Origin: Eledone cirrhosa
Lineage: Eukaryota
Assembly (NCBI GenBank): GCA_964016885.1
Contig: OZ024742.1
Location: 348,688,001 to 348,752,000, forward strand
DNA length: 64,000 nucleotides
Reading direction: 5' to 3'
Shown: positions 39,951 to 53,200 of the stretch, piece by piece
How positions within the stretch are numbered: position 1 is the stretch's first letter
Layout: the number at the start of each line of letters is the position of its first letter
Position numbers and translations under genes: made by a program
The notes under the pieces: generated by a model
The model's input: only the letters and a program-made list of their open reading frames with translations
Told to the model about the DNA's origin: nothing
Databases searched by the model: none

Positions 39951-42900
39951 AGCTAAGGTGTTCTACTCAGGTGTAGTTGGACAGTTAAGGTGTTCTACTC
40001 AAGTGTGGTTGGACAGGTAATGTGTTCTACTGAGGTGTAGATGGACAGTTAATGTGTTCTACTGATGTGTGGTTGGTTAGTTAAGGTTTTCTACTCCGGT
40101 GTAGTTGGACATTTAAGGTGTTCTACTTATGTGTAGTTGGACAGTTAAGGTGTTCTACTCAGGTGTGGTTGAACAGTTACGTTGTTCTACTCAAGTGTAG
40201 TTGAACAGTTAAGGTGTTCTACTCAAGTGTGGTTGGACAGTTAATGTGTTCTACTCAGGTGTGGTTGAACAGTTAAGGTGTTCTACTCAGGTGTGGTTGG
40301 ACAGTTAAGGTGTTCTACTCAGGTGTGGTTGAACAGTTAAGGTATTCTACTCAGGTGTAGTTGGACAGTTAAGGTGTTCTATTCAGGTGTGGTTGAACAG
40401 TTAAGGTGTTCTACTCAGGTGTGGTTGGACAGTGAAGGTGTTCTAGTCAGGTGTAGTTGAACAGTTAAGGTGTTCTACTCAGGTGTAGTTGGACATTTAA
40501 GGTGTTCTATTCAGGTGTGGTTGAACAGTTAAGGTGTTCTACTGATGTGTGGTTGGACAGTTAAGGTGTTCTACTCAGGTGTGGTTGGACAGTTAAGGTG
40601 TTCTACTGATATGTGGTTGGTTAGTTAAGGTGTTCTACTCAGGTGTGGTTGGACAGTTAAGGTGTTCTACTGATGTGTGGTTGGTTAGTTAAGGTGTTCT
40701 ACTCAAGTGTAGTTGAACAGTTAAGGTGTTCTATTCAGGTGTAGTTGGACATTTAAGGTGTTCTATTCAGGTGTGGTTGAACAGTTAAGGTGTTCTACTG
40801 ATGTGTGGTTGGACAGTTAAGGTGTTCTACTCAGGTGTGGTTGGACAGTTAAGGTGTTCTACTGATATGTGGTTGGTTAGTTAAGGTGTTCTACTCAGGT
40901 GTGGTTGGACAGTTAAGGTGTTCTACTGATGTGTGGTTGATTAGTTAAGGTGTTCTACTCAAGTGTAGTTGAACAGTTAAGGTGTTCTATTCAGGTGTAG
41001 TTGGACAGTTAAGGTGTTCTACTCAGGTGCGGTTGAACAGTTAAGGTGTTCTACTCAGGTGTAGTTGGACAGTTAAGGTGTTCTACTCAGGTGTAGTTGG
41101 ACAGTTAAGGTGTTCTATTCAGGTGTGGTTGGACAGTTAAAGTGGTCTACTCAGGTGTGGTTGGTTAGTTAAGGTGTTCTACTCAGGTGTAGTTGATCAG
41201 TTAAGGTGTTCTATTCAGGTGTAGTTGGACAGTTAAGGTGGTCTACTCAGGTGTAGTTGGACAGTTAAGGTGTTCTACTGATGTGTGGTGGTTGGTTAGT
41301 TAAGGTGTTCTACTCAGCTGTGGTGGGATAGTTAAGGTGTTCTACTGATGTGTGGTTGGTTAGTTAAGGTGTTCTACTCAGGTGTAGTTGGACAGTTAAG
41401 GTGTTCTACTCAGGTGTGGTTGGACAGTTAAGGTGTTCTACTGATGTGTGTTTGGTTAGTTAAGTTGTTCTACTCAGGTGTGGTTGGACAGCTAAGGTGT
41501 TCTACTCAGGTGTGTTTGGACAGTTAAGGTGTTCTACTGATGTGTGGTTGGTTAGTTAAGGTGTTCTACACAAGTGTAGTTGGACGTTTAAGGTGTTCTA
41601 CTCAGGTGTAGTTGAACAGTTAAGGTGTTCTATTCAGGTGTAGTTGGAAGTTAAGGTGTTCTACTCAGGCGTAGTTGAACAGTTAAGGTGTTCTATTCAG
41701 GTGGAGTTGAACAGTTAAGGTGTTCTATTCAGGTGTGGTTGTTTATTTAAGGTGGTCAACTCAGGTGTAGATGGACAGTTAAGGTGTTCTACTCAGGTGT
41801 AGATGGACAGTTAAGGTGTTCTACTCAGGTGTAGTTGGACAGTTAAGGTGTTCTACCCAGGTGTGGTTGGACAGCTAAGGTGTTCTACTCAGGTGTAGTT
41901 GGACAGTTAAGGTGTTCTACTCAGGTGTGGTTGGACAGGTAAGGTGTTCTACTCAGGTGTAGATGGACAGTTAAGGTGTTTTACTGATGTGTGGTTGGTT
42001 AGTTAAGGTGTTCTACTCAGGTGTAGGTGGACATTTAAGGAGTTCTACTCAGGTGTAATTGGACAGTTAAGGTGTTCTCCTCAGGTGTGATTGGACAGTT
42101 AAGGTGTTCTACTGATGTGTGGTTGGTTAGTTAGGGTGTTCTATTCAGGTGTAGTTGGACAGGTAAGGTGTTCTACTCAGGTGTAGTTGGACAGTTAAGG
42201 TGTTCTACTCAGGTGTAGTTGGACAGTTAAGGTGTTCTACTCAGGTGTGATTGGACAGTTAAGGTGTTCTACTGATGTGTGGTTGGTTAGTTAAGGTGTT
42301 CTACTCAGGTGTAGTTGGACATTTAAGGTGTTCTATTCAGGTGTAGTTGGACAGTTAAGGTGTTCTACTGATGTGTGGTTGAACAGTTAAGGTGTTCTAC
42401 TCAGGTGTGATTGGACAGTTAAGGTGTTCTACTGATGTGTGGTTTGTTAGTTAAGGTGTTCTACTCAGGTGTATTTGGACATTTAAGGTGTTCTATTCAG
42501 GTGTAGTTGAACAGTTAAGGTGTTCTTTTCAGGTGTGGTTGGTTAGTTAAGGTGGTCTACTCAGGTGTAGATGGACAGTTAAGGTGTTCTACTCAGGTGT
42601 GGTTGGTTAGTTAAGGTGGTCTACTCAGGTGTAGATGGACAGTTAAGGTGTTCTACTCAGGTGTGATTGGTTAGTTAAGGTGGTCTACTCAGGTGTAGAT
42701 GGACAGTTAAGGTGTTCTACTCAGGCGTAGTTGGACAGTTAAGTTGTTCTACTCAGGTGTGGTTGGACAGTTAAGGTGTTCTACTCAGGTGTGTTTGGAC
42801 AGTTAAGGTGTTCTACTGTTGTGTGGTTGGTTAGTTAAGGTGTTCTACTCAAGTGTAGTTGGACGTTTAAGGTGTTCTACTCAGGTGTAGTTGAACAGTT

Positions 42901-45900
42901 AAGGTGTTCTACTCAGGTGTGATTGGACAGTGAAGGTGTTCTATTCATGTGTAGTGGAACAGTTAAGGTGTTCTAGTCAGATGTAGTTGGACAGTTAAGG
43001 TGTTCTATTCAGGTGTAGTTGAACAGTTAAGGTGTTCTATTCAGGTGTGGTTGGTTATTTAAGGTGGTCTACTCAGGTGTAGATGGACAGTTAAGGTGTT
43101 CTACTCAGGTGTAGATGGACAGTTAAGGTGTTCTACTCAGGTGTAGTTGGACAGTTAAGGTGTTCTACTCAGGTGTGATTGGACAGTGAAGGTGTTCTAC
43201 TCAGGTGTAGTTGAACAGTTAAGGTGTTCTACTCAGGTGTAGTTGGACATTTAAGGTGTTCTATTCAGGTGTGGTTGAACAGTTAAGGTGTTCTACTGAT
43301 ATGTGGTTGGTTAGTTAAGGTGTTCTACTCAGGTGTGGTTGGACAGTTAAGGTGTTCTACTGATGTGTGGTTGGTTAGTTAAGGTATTCTACTCAAGTGT
43401 AGTTGAACAGTTAAGGTGTTCTATTCAGGTGTAGTTGGACAGTTAAGGTGTTCTACACAGGTGTGGTTGAACAGTTAAGGCGTTCTACTCAGGTGTAGTT
43501 GGACAGTTAAGGTGTTCTACTCAGGTGTAGTTGGACAGTTAAGGTGTTCTATTCAGGTGTGGTTGGACAGTTAAAGTGGTCTACTCAGGTGTGGTTGGTT
43601 AGTTAAGGTGTTCTACTCAGGTGTAGTTGATCAGTTAAGGTGTTCTATTCAGGTGTAGTTGGACAGTTAAGGTGGTCTACTCAGGTGTAGTTGGACAGTT
43701 AAGGTGTTCTACTGATGTGTGGTTGGTTAGTTAAGGTGGTCTGCTCAGGCGTAGTTGAACAGTTAAGGTGTTCTACTCAGCTGTGGTTGGACAGTTAAGG
43801 TGTTCTACTGATGTGTGGTTGGTTAGTTAAGGTGTTCTACTCAGGTGTAGTTGGACATTTAAGGTGTTCTACTCAGATGTGGTTGGACAGTTAAGGTGTT
43901 CTACTGATGTGTGTTTGGTTAGTTAAGGTGTTCTACTCAGGTGTGTTTGGACAGCTAAGGTGTTCTACTCAGGTGTGGTTGGACAGCTAAGGTGTTCTAC
44001 TCAGGTGTAGTTGGACAGTTAAGGTGTTCTACTCAGGTGTGGTTGGACAGGTAAGGTGTTCTACTCAGGTGTAGATGGACAGTTAAGGTGTTCTACTGAT
44101 GTGTGGTTGGTTAGTTAAGGTGTTCTACTCAGGTGTAGGTGGACATTTAAGGAGTTCTACTCAGGTGTAATTGGACAGTTAAGGTGTTCTCCTCAGGTGT
44201 GATTGGACAGTTAAGGTGTTCTACTGATGTGTGGTTGGTTAGTTAAGGTGTTCTATTCAGGTGTAGTTGGACAGTTAAGGTGTTCTACTCAGGTGTAGTT
44301 GGACAGTTAAGGTGTTCTACTCAGGTGTAGTTGGACAGTTAAGGTGTTCTACTCAGGTGTGATTGGACAGTTAAGGTGTTCTACTGATGTGTGGTTGGTT
44401 AGTTAAGGTGTTCTACTCAGGTGTAGTTGGACAGTTAAGATGTTCTACTGATGTGTGGTTGAACAGTTAAGGTGTTCTAATCAGGTGTGGTTGGACAGTT
44501 AAGGTGTTCTACTCATGTGTAGTTGAACAGTTAAGGTGTTCTATTCAGGTGTAGTTGAACATTTAAGGTGTTCTTTTCAGGTGTGGTTGGTTAGTTAAGG
44601 TGGTCTACTCAGGTGTAGATGGACAGTTAAGGTGTTCTACTCAGGTGTGGTTGGTTAGTTAAGGTGGTCTACTCAGGTGTAGATGGACAGTTAAGGTGTT
44701 CTACTCAGGTGTGATTGGTTAGTTAAGGTGGTCTACTCAGGTGTAGATGGACAGTTAAGGTGTTCTACTCAGGCGTAGTTGGACAGTTAAGTTGTTCTAC
44801 TCAGGTGTGGTTGGACAGTTAAGGTGTTCTACTCAGGTGTGTTTGGACAGTTAAGGTGTTCTACTGTTGTGTGGTTGGTTAGTTAAGGTGTTCTACTCAA
44901 GTGTAGTTGGACGTTTAAGGTGTTCTACTCAGGTGTAGTTGAACAGTTAAGGTGTTCTACTCAGGTGTGATTGGACAGTGAAGGTGTTCTACTCATGTGT
45001 AGTGGAACAGTTAAGGTGTTCTACTCAGGTGTAGTTGGACAGTTAAGGTGTTCTATTCAGGTGTAGTTGAACAGTTAAGGTGTTCTATTCAGGTGTGGTT
45101 GGTTATTTAAGGTGGTCTACTCAGGTGTAGATGGACAGTTAAGGTGTTCTACTCAGGTGTAGATGGACAGTTAAGGTGTTCTACTCAGGTGTAGTTGGAC
45201 ATTTAAGGTGTTCTACTCAGGTGTGATTGGACAGTGAAGGTGTTCTACTCAGGTGTAGTTGAACAGTTAAGGTGTTCTACTCAGGTGTAGTTGGACATTT
45301 AAGGTGTTCTATTCAGGTGTGGTTGAACAGTTAAGGTGTTCTACTGATATGTGGTTGGTTAGTTAAGGTGTTCTACTCAGGTGTGGTTGGACAGTTAAGG
45401 TGTTCTACTGATGTGTGGTTGGTTAGTTAAGGTATTCTACTCAAGTGTAGTTGAACAGTTAAGGTTTTCTATTCAGGTGTAGTTGGACAGTTAAGGCGTA
45501 CTACTCAGGTGTAGTTGGACAGTTAAGGTGTTCTACTCAGGTGTAGTTGGACAGTTAAGGTGTTCTATTCAGGTGTGGTTGGACAGTTAAAGTGGTCTAC
45601 TCAGGTGTGGTTGGTTAGTTAAGGTGTTCTACTCAGGTGTAGTTGATCAGTTAAGGTGTTCTATTCAGGTGTAGTTGGACAGTTAAGGTGGTCTACTCAG
45701 GTGTAGTTGGACAGTTAAGGTGTTCTACTGATGTGTGGTTGGTTAGTTAAGGTGGTCTACTCAGGCGTAGTTGAACAGTTAAGGTGTTCTACTCAGCTGT
45801 GGTTGGACAGTTAAGGTGTTCTACTGATGTGTGGTTGGTTAGTTAAGGTGTTCTACTCAGGTGTAGTTGGACATTTAAGGTGTTCTACTCAGGTGTGGTT

Positions 45901-48900
45901 GGACAGTTAAGGTGTTCTACTGATGTGTGTTTGGTTAGTTAAGGTGTTCTACTCAGGTGTGGTTGGACAGCTAAGGTGTTCTACTCAGGTGTGGTTGGAC
46001 AGCTAAGGTGTTCTACTCAGGTGTAGTTGGACAGTTAAGGTGTTCTACTCAGGTGTGGTTGGACAGGTAAGGTGTTCTACTCAGGTGTAGATGGACAGTT
46101 AAGGTGTTCTACTGATGTGTGGTTGGTTAGTTAAGGTGTTCTACTCAGGTGTAGGTGGACATTTAAGGAGTTCTACTCAGGTGTAATTGGACAGTTAAGG
46201 TGTTCTCCTCAGGTGTGATTGGACAGTTAAGGTGTTCTACTGATGTGTGGTTGGTTAGTTAAGGTGTTCTATTCAGGTGTAGTTGGACAGTTAAGGTGTT
46301 CTACTCAGGTGTAGTTGGACAGTTAAGGTGTTCTACTCAGGTGTGTTTGGACAGTTAAGTTGTTCTACTGATGTGTGGTTGGTTAGTTAAGGTGTTCTAC
46401 TCAGGTGTAGTTGGACAGTTAAGATGTTCTACTGATGTGTGGTTGAACAGTTAAGGTGTTCTAATCAGGTGTGGTTGGACAGTTAAGGTGTTCTACTCAT
46501 GTGTAGTTGAACAGTTAAGGTGTTCTATTCAGGTGTATTTGAACATTTAAGGTGTTCTATTCAGGTGTGGTTGGTTAGTTAAGGTGGTCTACTCAGGTGT
46601 AGATGGACAGTTAAGTTGTTCTACTCAGGTGTGGTTGGTTAGTTAAGGTGGTCTACTCACGTGTAGATGGACAGTTAATGTGTTCTACTCAGGTGTGATT
46701 GGTTAGTTAAGGTGGTCTACTCAGGTGTAGATGGACAGTTAAGGTGTTCTACTCAGGTGTGGTTCGACAGTTAAGGTGTTCTACTCAGGTGTAGGTGAAC
46801 AGTTAAGGTGTTCTATTCAGGTGTATTTGGACAGTTAAGTTGTTCTACTCAGGTGTAGTTGGACAGTTAAGGTGTTCTACTCAGGTGTGGTTGGACAGTT
46901 AAGATGTTGCACTCAGGTGTGGTTGAACAGTTAAGGTGTTCTACTGAGGTGTAGTTGGACAGTTAAGGTGTTCTCTTCAGGTGTTGTTGAACAGTTTATG
47001 TGTTCTACTGATGTGTGGTTGGACAGTTAATGTGTCCTACTCAGGTGTAGTTGAATAGTTAAGGTGTTCTACTCAGGTGTGGTTGGACAGTTAAGGTGTT
47101 CTATTCAGGTGTGGTTGAACAGTTAAGGTGTTCTACTGATGTGTGGTTGGACAGTTAAGGTGTCCTACTCAGATGTTGAACAGTTAAGGTGTTCTACTCA
47201 GGTGTTGTTGAACAGTTAAAGTGTTCTACTCAGTTGTAGTTGGACAGTTAAGGTGTTCTACTCAGGTGTAGTTGGACAGTTAAGGTGTTCTACTGGTGTG
47301 TGGTTGGTTAGTTAAGGTGTTCTACTCAGGTGTAGTTGGACATTTAAGGTGTTCTATTCAGGTGTAGTTGGAAAGTTAAGGTGTTCTACTCAGGTGTGGT
47401 TGAACAGTTAAGGTGTTCTACTCAGGTGTAGTTGAACAGTTAAGGTGTTCTACTCAGGTGTGGTTGGACAGTTAAGGTGTTCTACTCAGGTGTGGTTGAA
47501 CAGTTAAGATATTCTACTCAGGTGTAGTTGGACAGTTAAGGTGTTCTATTCAGGTGTAGTTGGACAGTTAAGGTGTTCTACTCAGGTGTGGTTGAACAGT
47601 TAAGGTGTTCTACTCAGGTGTAGTTGGACAGTTAAGGTGTTCTACTCAGGTGTAGTTGGACGGTTAAGGTGTTCTATTCAGGTGTGGTTGAACAGTTAAG
47701 GTCTTCTACTGATGCGTGGTTGGACAGTTAAGGTGTTCTACTCAGGTATAGTTGAACAGTTAAGGTGTTCTACTCAGGTGTAGTTTGACAGTTAAGGTAT
47801 TCTACTCAGGTGTGGTTTGACAGTTAAGGTGTTCTACTGATATGTGGTTGGACAGTTAAGGTGTTCTACTGATATGTGGTTGGTTAGTTAAGGTGTTCTA
47901 CTCAGGTGAAGTTGAACAGTTAAGGTGTTCTATTCAGGTGTAGTTGGACAGTTAAGGTGTTCTACTCAGGTGTGGTTGAACAGTTAAGGTGTTCTACTCA
48001 GGTGTAGTTGGACAGTTAAGTTGTTCTACTCAGGTGTAGTTGGACAGTTAAGGTGTTCTACTCAGGTGTGGTTGGACAGTTAAGGTGTTCTACTGATATT
48101 TGGTTGGTTAGTTAAGGTGTTCTACTCAGGTGTAGTTGGACAGTTAAGGTGTTCTACTCAGGTGTAGTTGGACAGTTAAGGTGTTCTATTCAGGTGTGGT
48201 TGAACAGTTAAGATGTTCTATTCAGGTGTGGTTGGACAGTTAAAGTGGTCTACTCAGCTGTGGTTGGTTAGTTAAGGTGTTCTACTCAGGTGTAGTTGAT
48301 CAGTTAAGGTGTTCTATTCAGGTGTAGTTGGACAGTTAAGGTGGTCTACTCAGGTGTAGTTGGACAGTTAAGGTGTTCTACTGATGTGTGGTTGGTTAGT
48401 TAAGGTATTCTACTCAGGTGTAGTTGGACAGTTAAGGTATTCTACTCAGGTGTGGTTGGACAGTTAAGGTGTTCTACTCAGGTGTGGTTGGACAGTTAAG
48501 GTGTTCTACTGATGTGTGTTTGGTTAGTTAAGGGGTTCTACTCAGGTGTGGTTGAAGAGTTGAGTTGTTCTACTCAGGTCTGGCTGGACAGCTAAGGTGT
48601 TCTACTCAGGTGTGGGTGGACAGTTAAGGTGTTCTACTGATGTGTGGTTGGATAGTTAAGGTGTTCTACTCAACTGTAGTTGGACATTTAAGGTGTTCTA
48701 CTCAGGTGTAGGTGAACAATTAAGGTGTTCTACTCAGGTGTGGTTGGACAGTTAAGATGTTGCACTCAGGTGTGGTTGAACAGTTAAGGTGTTCTACTGA
48801 GGTGTAGTTGGACAGTTAAGGTGTTCTATTCAGGTGTAGTTGGACAGTTAAGGTGGTCTACTCAGGTGTAGTTGGACAGTTAAGGTGTCCTACTCAGATG

Positions 48901-48950
48901 TAGTTGAACAGTTAAGGTGTTCTATTCAGGTGTGGTTGAACAGTTAAAGT
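38900..48950 (+). repeat. Macro-block copy 3
   Basis: It has the same ordered rare variants as 25400-35500: acggagg, gtgcggtt, ggtgggatag, ggaagtt, ggtcaact, tcacgtgtag, agatgttgaa, gaagagttgag. The offset is 13500-13570 bp. Confidence 0.88.
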
Positions 48951-50219
48951 GTTCTACTCAGGTGTAGTTGGACAGTTAAGGTGTTCTACTCAGGTGTAGT
49001 TGGACAGTTAAGGTGTTCTACTGGTGTGTGGTTGGTTAGTTAAGGTGTTCTACTCAGGTGTAGTTGGACATTTAAGGTGTTCTATTCAGGTGTAGTTGGA
49101 CAGTTAAGGTGTTCTACTCAGGTGTGGTTGAACAGTTAAGGTGTTCTACTCAGGTGTAGTTGTACAGTTAAGGTGTTCTACTCAGGTGTGGTTGGACAGT
49201 TAAGGTGTTCTACTCAGATGTGGTTGAACAGTTAAGGTTCTACTCAGGTGTAGTTGGACATTTAAGGTGTTCTATTCAGGTGTGGTTGAACAGTTAAGGT
49301 GTTCTACTCAGGTGTGGTTGGACAGTTAAGGTGTTCTACTCAGGTGTAGTTGAACAGTTAAGGTGTTCTATTCAGGTGTAGTTGGACAGTTAAGGTGTTC
49401 TACTCAGGTGTGGTTGAACAGTTAATGTGTTCTACTGAGGTGTAGTTGGACAGTTAAGGTGTTCTACTCAGGTGTAGTTGGACAGTAAAGGTGTTCTATT
49501 CAGGTGTGGTTGAACAGTTAAGGTGTTCTACTGATGCGTGGTTGGACAGTTAAGGTGTTCTACTCAGGTGTAGTTGAACAGTTAAGGTGTTCTACTCAGG
49601 TGTAGTTGGACAGTTAAGGTGTTCTATTCAGGTGTGGTTGAACAGTTAAGGTGTTCTACTGATGTGTGGATGGACAGTTAAGGTGTTCTACTCAGGTGTA
49701 GTTTGACAGTTAAGATATTCTACTCAGGTGTGGTTGGACAGTTAAGGTGTTCTACTGATATGTGGTTGGACAGTTAAGGTGTTCTACTGATATGTGGTTG
49801 GTTAGTTAAGGTGTTCTACTCAGGTGAAGTTGGACATTTAAGGTGTTCTATTCAGGTGTAGTTGGACAGTTAAAGTGTTCTATTCAGGTGTGGTTTAACA
49901 GTTAAGGTGTTCTATTCAGGTGTGGTTGGACAGTTAAAGTGGTCTACTCAGGTGTGGTTGGTTAGTTAAGGTGTTCTACTCAGGTGTAGTTGATCAGTTA
50001 AGGTGTTCTACTCAGCTGTGGTTGGACAGTTAAGGTGTTCTACTGATGTGTGGTTGGTTAGTTAAGGTGTTCTACTCAGGTGTAGTTGGACAGTTAAGGT
50101 GTTCTACTCAGGTGTGGTTGGACAGTTAAGGTGTTCTACTGATGTGTGTTTGGTTAGTTAAGGTGTTCTACTCAAGTGTAGTTGGACATTTAAGGTGTTC
50201 TACTCAGGTGTAGTTGAAC

Positions 50220-53200
50220 AGTTAAGGTGTTCTATTCAGCTGTAGTTGAACAGTTAAGGTGTTCTATTCAGGTGTAGTTGAACAGTTAAGGTGTTCTATT
50301 CAGGTGTGGTTGGTTAGTTAAGGTGGTCTACTCAGGTGTAGATGGACAGTTAAGGTGTTCTACTCAGGTCTAGTTGGACAGTTAAGGTGTTCTACTCAGG
50401 TGTGGTTGAACAGTTAAGGTGTTCTACTCAGGTGTGGGTGGACAGCTAGGGTGTTCTACGCAGGTGTGGTTGGACAGTGAAGGTGTTCTACTCAGGTGTG
50501 GTTGGACAGCTAAGGTGTTCTACTCAGGTGTAGTTGGACAGTTAAGGTGTTCTACTCAGGTGTGGTTGGACAGGTAAGATGCTCTACTCAGGTGTAGTTG
50601 GACAGTTAAGGTGTTCTACTCAGGTGTAGATGGACAGTTAATGTGTTCTACTGATGTGTGGTTGGTTAGTTAAGGTGTTCTACTCAGGTGCAGTTGGAGA
50701 TTTAAGGAGTTCTACTCAGGTGTAGTTGGACAGTTAATGTGTTCTCCTCATGTGTGATTGGACAGTTAAGGTGTTCTACTGATGCGTGGTTGGACAGTTA
50801 AGGTGTTCTACTCAGGTGTAGTTGAACAGTTATGTTGTTCTACTCAGGTGTAGTTGGACAGTTAAGGGGTTCTATTCAGGTGTGGTTGAACAGTTAAGGT
50901 GTTCTACTGATGTGTGGTTGGACAGTTAAGGTGTTCTACTCAGGTGTAGTTTGACAGTTAATTTATTCTACTCAGGTGTGGTTGGACAGTTAAGGTGTTC
51001 TACTGATATGTGGTTGGACAGTTAAGGTGTTCTACTGATATGTGGTTGATTAGTTAAGGTGTTCTACTCAGGTGAAGTTGAACAGTTAAGTTGTTCTATT
51101 CAGGTGTAGTTGGACAGTTAAGGTGTTCTACTCAGGTGTGGTTGGACAGCTAAGGTGTTCTACTCAGGTGTGGTTGGACAGTTAAGGTGTTCTACCGATG
51201 TGTGGTTGGTTAGTTAAGGTGTTCTACTCAAGTGTAGCTGGACATTTAAGGTGTTCTACTCAGGTGTATTTGAACAGTTAAGGTGTTCTACTCAGGTGTA
51301 GTTGGACAGTTAATGTGTTCTACTCATGTGTAGTTGAACAGTTAAGGTGTTCTCCTCAGGTGTGATTGGGCAGTTAAGGTGTTCTACTGATGTGTGGTTG
51401 GTTAGTTAAGGTGTTCTATTCAGGTGTAGTTGGACAGTTAAGGTGTTCTACTCAGGTGTAGTTGGACAGTTAAGATGTTCTACTCAGGTCTAGTTGGACA
51501 GTTAAGGTGTTCTACTCAGGTGTAGTTGGACAGTTAAGGTGTTCTACTGGTGTGTGGTTGGTTAGTTAAGGTGTTCTACTCAGGTGTAGTTGGACATTTA
51601 AGGTGTTCTATTCAGGAGTAGTTGGAAAGTTCAGGTGTTCTACTCAGGTGTGGTTGAACAGTTAAGGTGTTCTACTCAGGTGTAGTTGAACAGTTAAGGT
51701 GTTCTACTCAGGTGTGGTTGGACAGTTAAGGTGTTCTACTCAGGTGTGGTTGAACAGTTAAGGTATTCTACTCAGGTGTAGTTGGACAGTTACGGTGTTC
51801 TATTCAGGTGTGGTTGAACAGTTACGGTGTTCTACTCAGGTGTGGTTGGACAGTTAAGGTGTTCTACTCAGGTGTAGTTGAACAGTTAAGGTGTTCTATT
51901 CAGGTGTAGTTGGACAGTTAAGGTGTTCTACTCAGGTGTGGTTGAACAGTTAAGTTGTTCTACTCAGGTGTAGTTGGACAGTTAAGGTGTTCTACTCAGG
52001 TGTAGTTGGACGGTTAAGGTGTTCTATTCAGGTGTGGTTGAACAGTTAAGGTGTTCTACTGATGCGTGGTTGGACAGTTAAGGTGTTCTACTCAGGTATA
52101 GTTGAACAGTTAAGGTGTTCTACTCAGGTGTATTTGGACAGTTAAGATGTTCTATTCAGGTGTGGTTGAACAGTTAAGGTGTTCTACTGATGTGTGGTTG
52201 GACAGTTAAGGTGTTCTACTCAGGTGTAGTTTGACAGTTAAGGTATTCTACTCAGGTGTGGTTGGACAGTTAAGGTGTTCTACTGATATGTGGTTGGACA
52301 GATAAGGTGTTCTACTGATATGTGGTTGGTTAGTTAAGGTGTTCGACTCAGGTGAAGTTGAACAGTTAAGGTGTTCTATTCAGGTGTAGTTGGACTGTTA
52401 AGGTGTTCTACTCAGGTGTGGTTGAACAGTTAAGGTGTTCTACTCAGGTGTAGTTGGACAGTTAAGTTGTTCTACTCAGGTGTAGTTGGACAGTTAAGGT
52501 GTTCTACTCAGGTGTGGTTGGACAGTTAAGGTGTTCTACTGATATTTGGTTGGTTAGTTAATGTGTTCTACTCAGGTGTAGTTGGACAGTTAAGGTGTTC
52601 TACTCAGGTGTAGTTGGACAGTTAAGATGTTCTATTCAGGTGTGGTTGGACAGTTAAAGTGGTCTACTCAGCTGTGGTTGGTTAGTTAAGGTGTTCTACT
52701 CAGGTGTAGTTGATCAGTTAAGGTGTTCTATTCAGGTGTAGTTGGACAGTTAAGGTGGTCTACTCAGGTGTAGTTGGACAGTTAAGGTATTCTACTCAGG
52801 TGTGGTTGGACAGTTAAGGTGTTCTACTCAGGTGTGGTTGGACAGTTAAGGTGTTCTACTGATGTGTGTTTGGTTAGTTAAGGGGTTCTACTCAGGTGTG
52901 GTTGAAGAGTTGAGTTGTTCTACTCAGGTCTGGCTGGACAGCTAAGGTGTTCTACTCAGGTGTGGTTGGACAGTTAAGGTATTCTACTGATGTGTGGTTG
53001 GATAGTTAAGGTGTTCTACTCAACTGTAGTTGGACATTTAAGGTGTTCTATTCAGCTGTAGTTGAACAGTTAAGGTGTTCTATTCAGGTGTAGTTGAACA
53101 GTTAAGGTGTTCTATTCAGGTGTGGTTGGTTAGTTAAGGTGGTCTACTCAGGTGTAGATGGACAGTTAAGGTGTTCTACTCAGGTCTAGTTGGACAGTTA

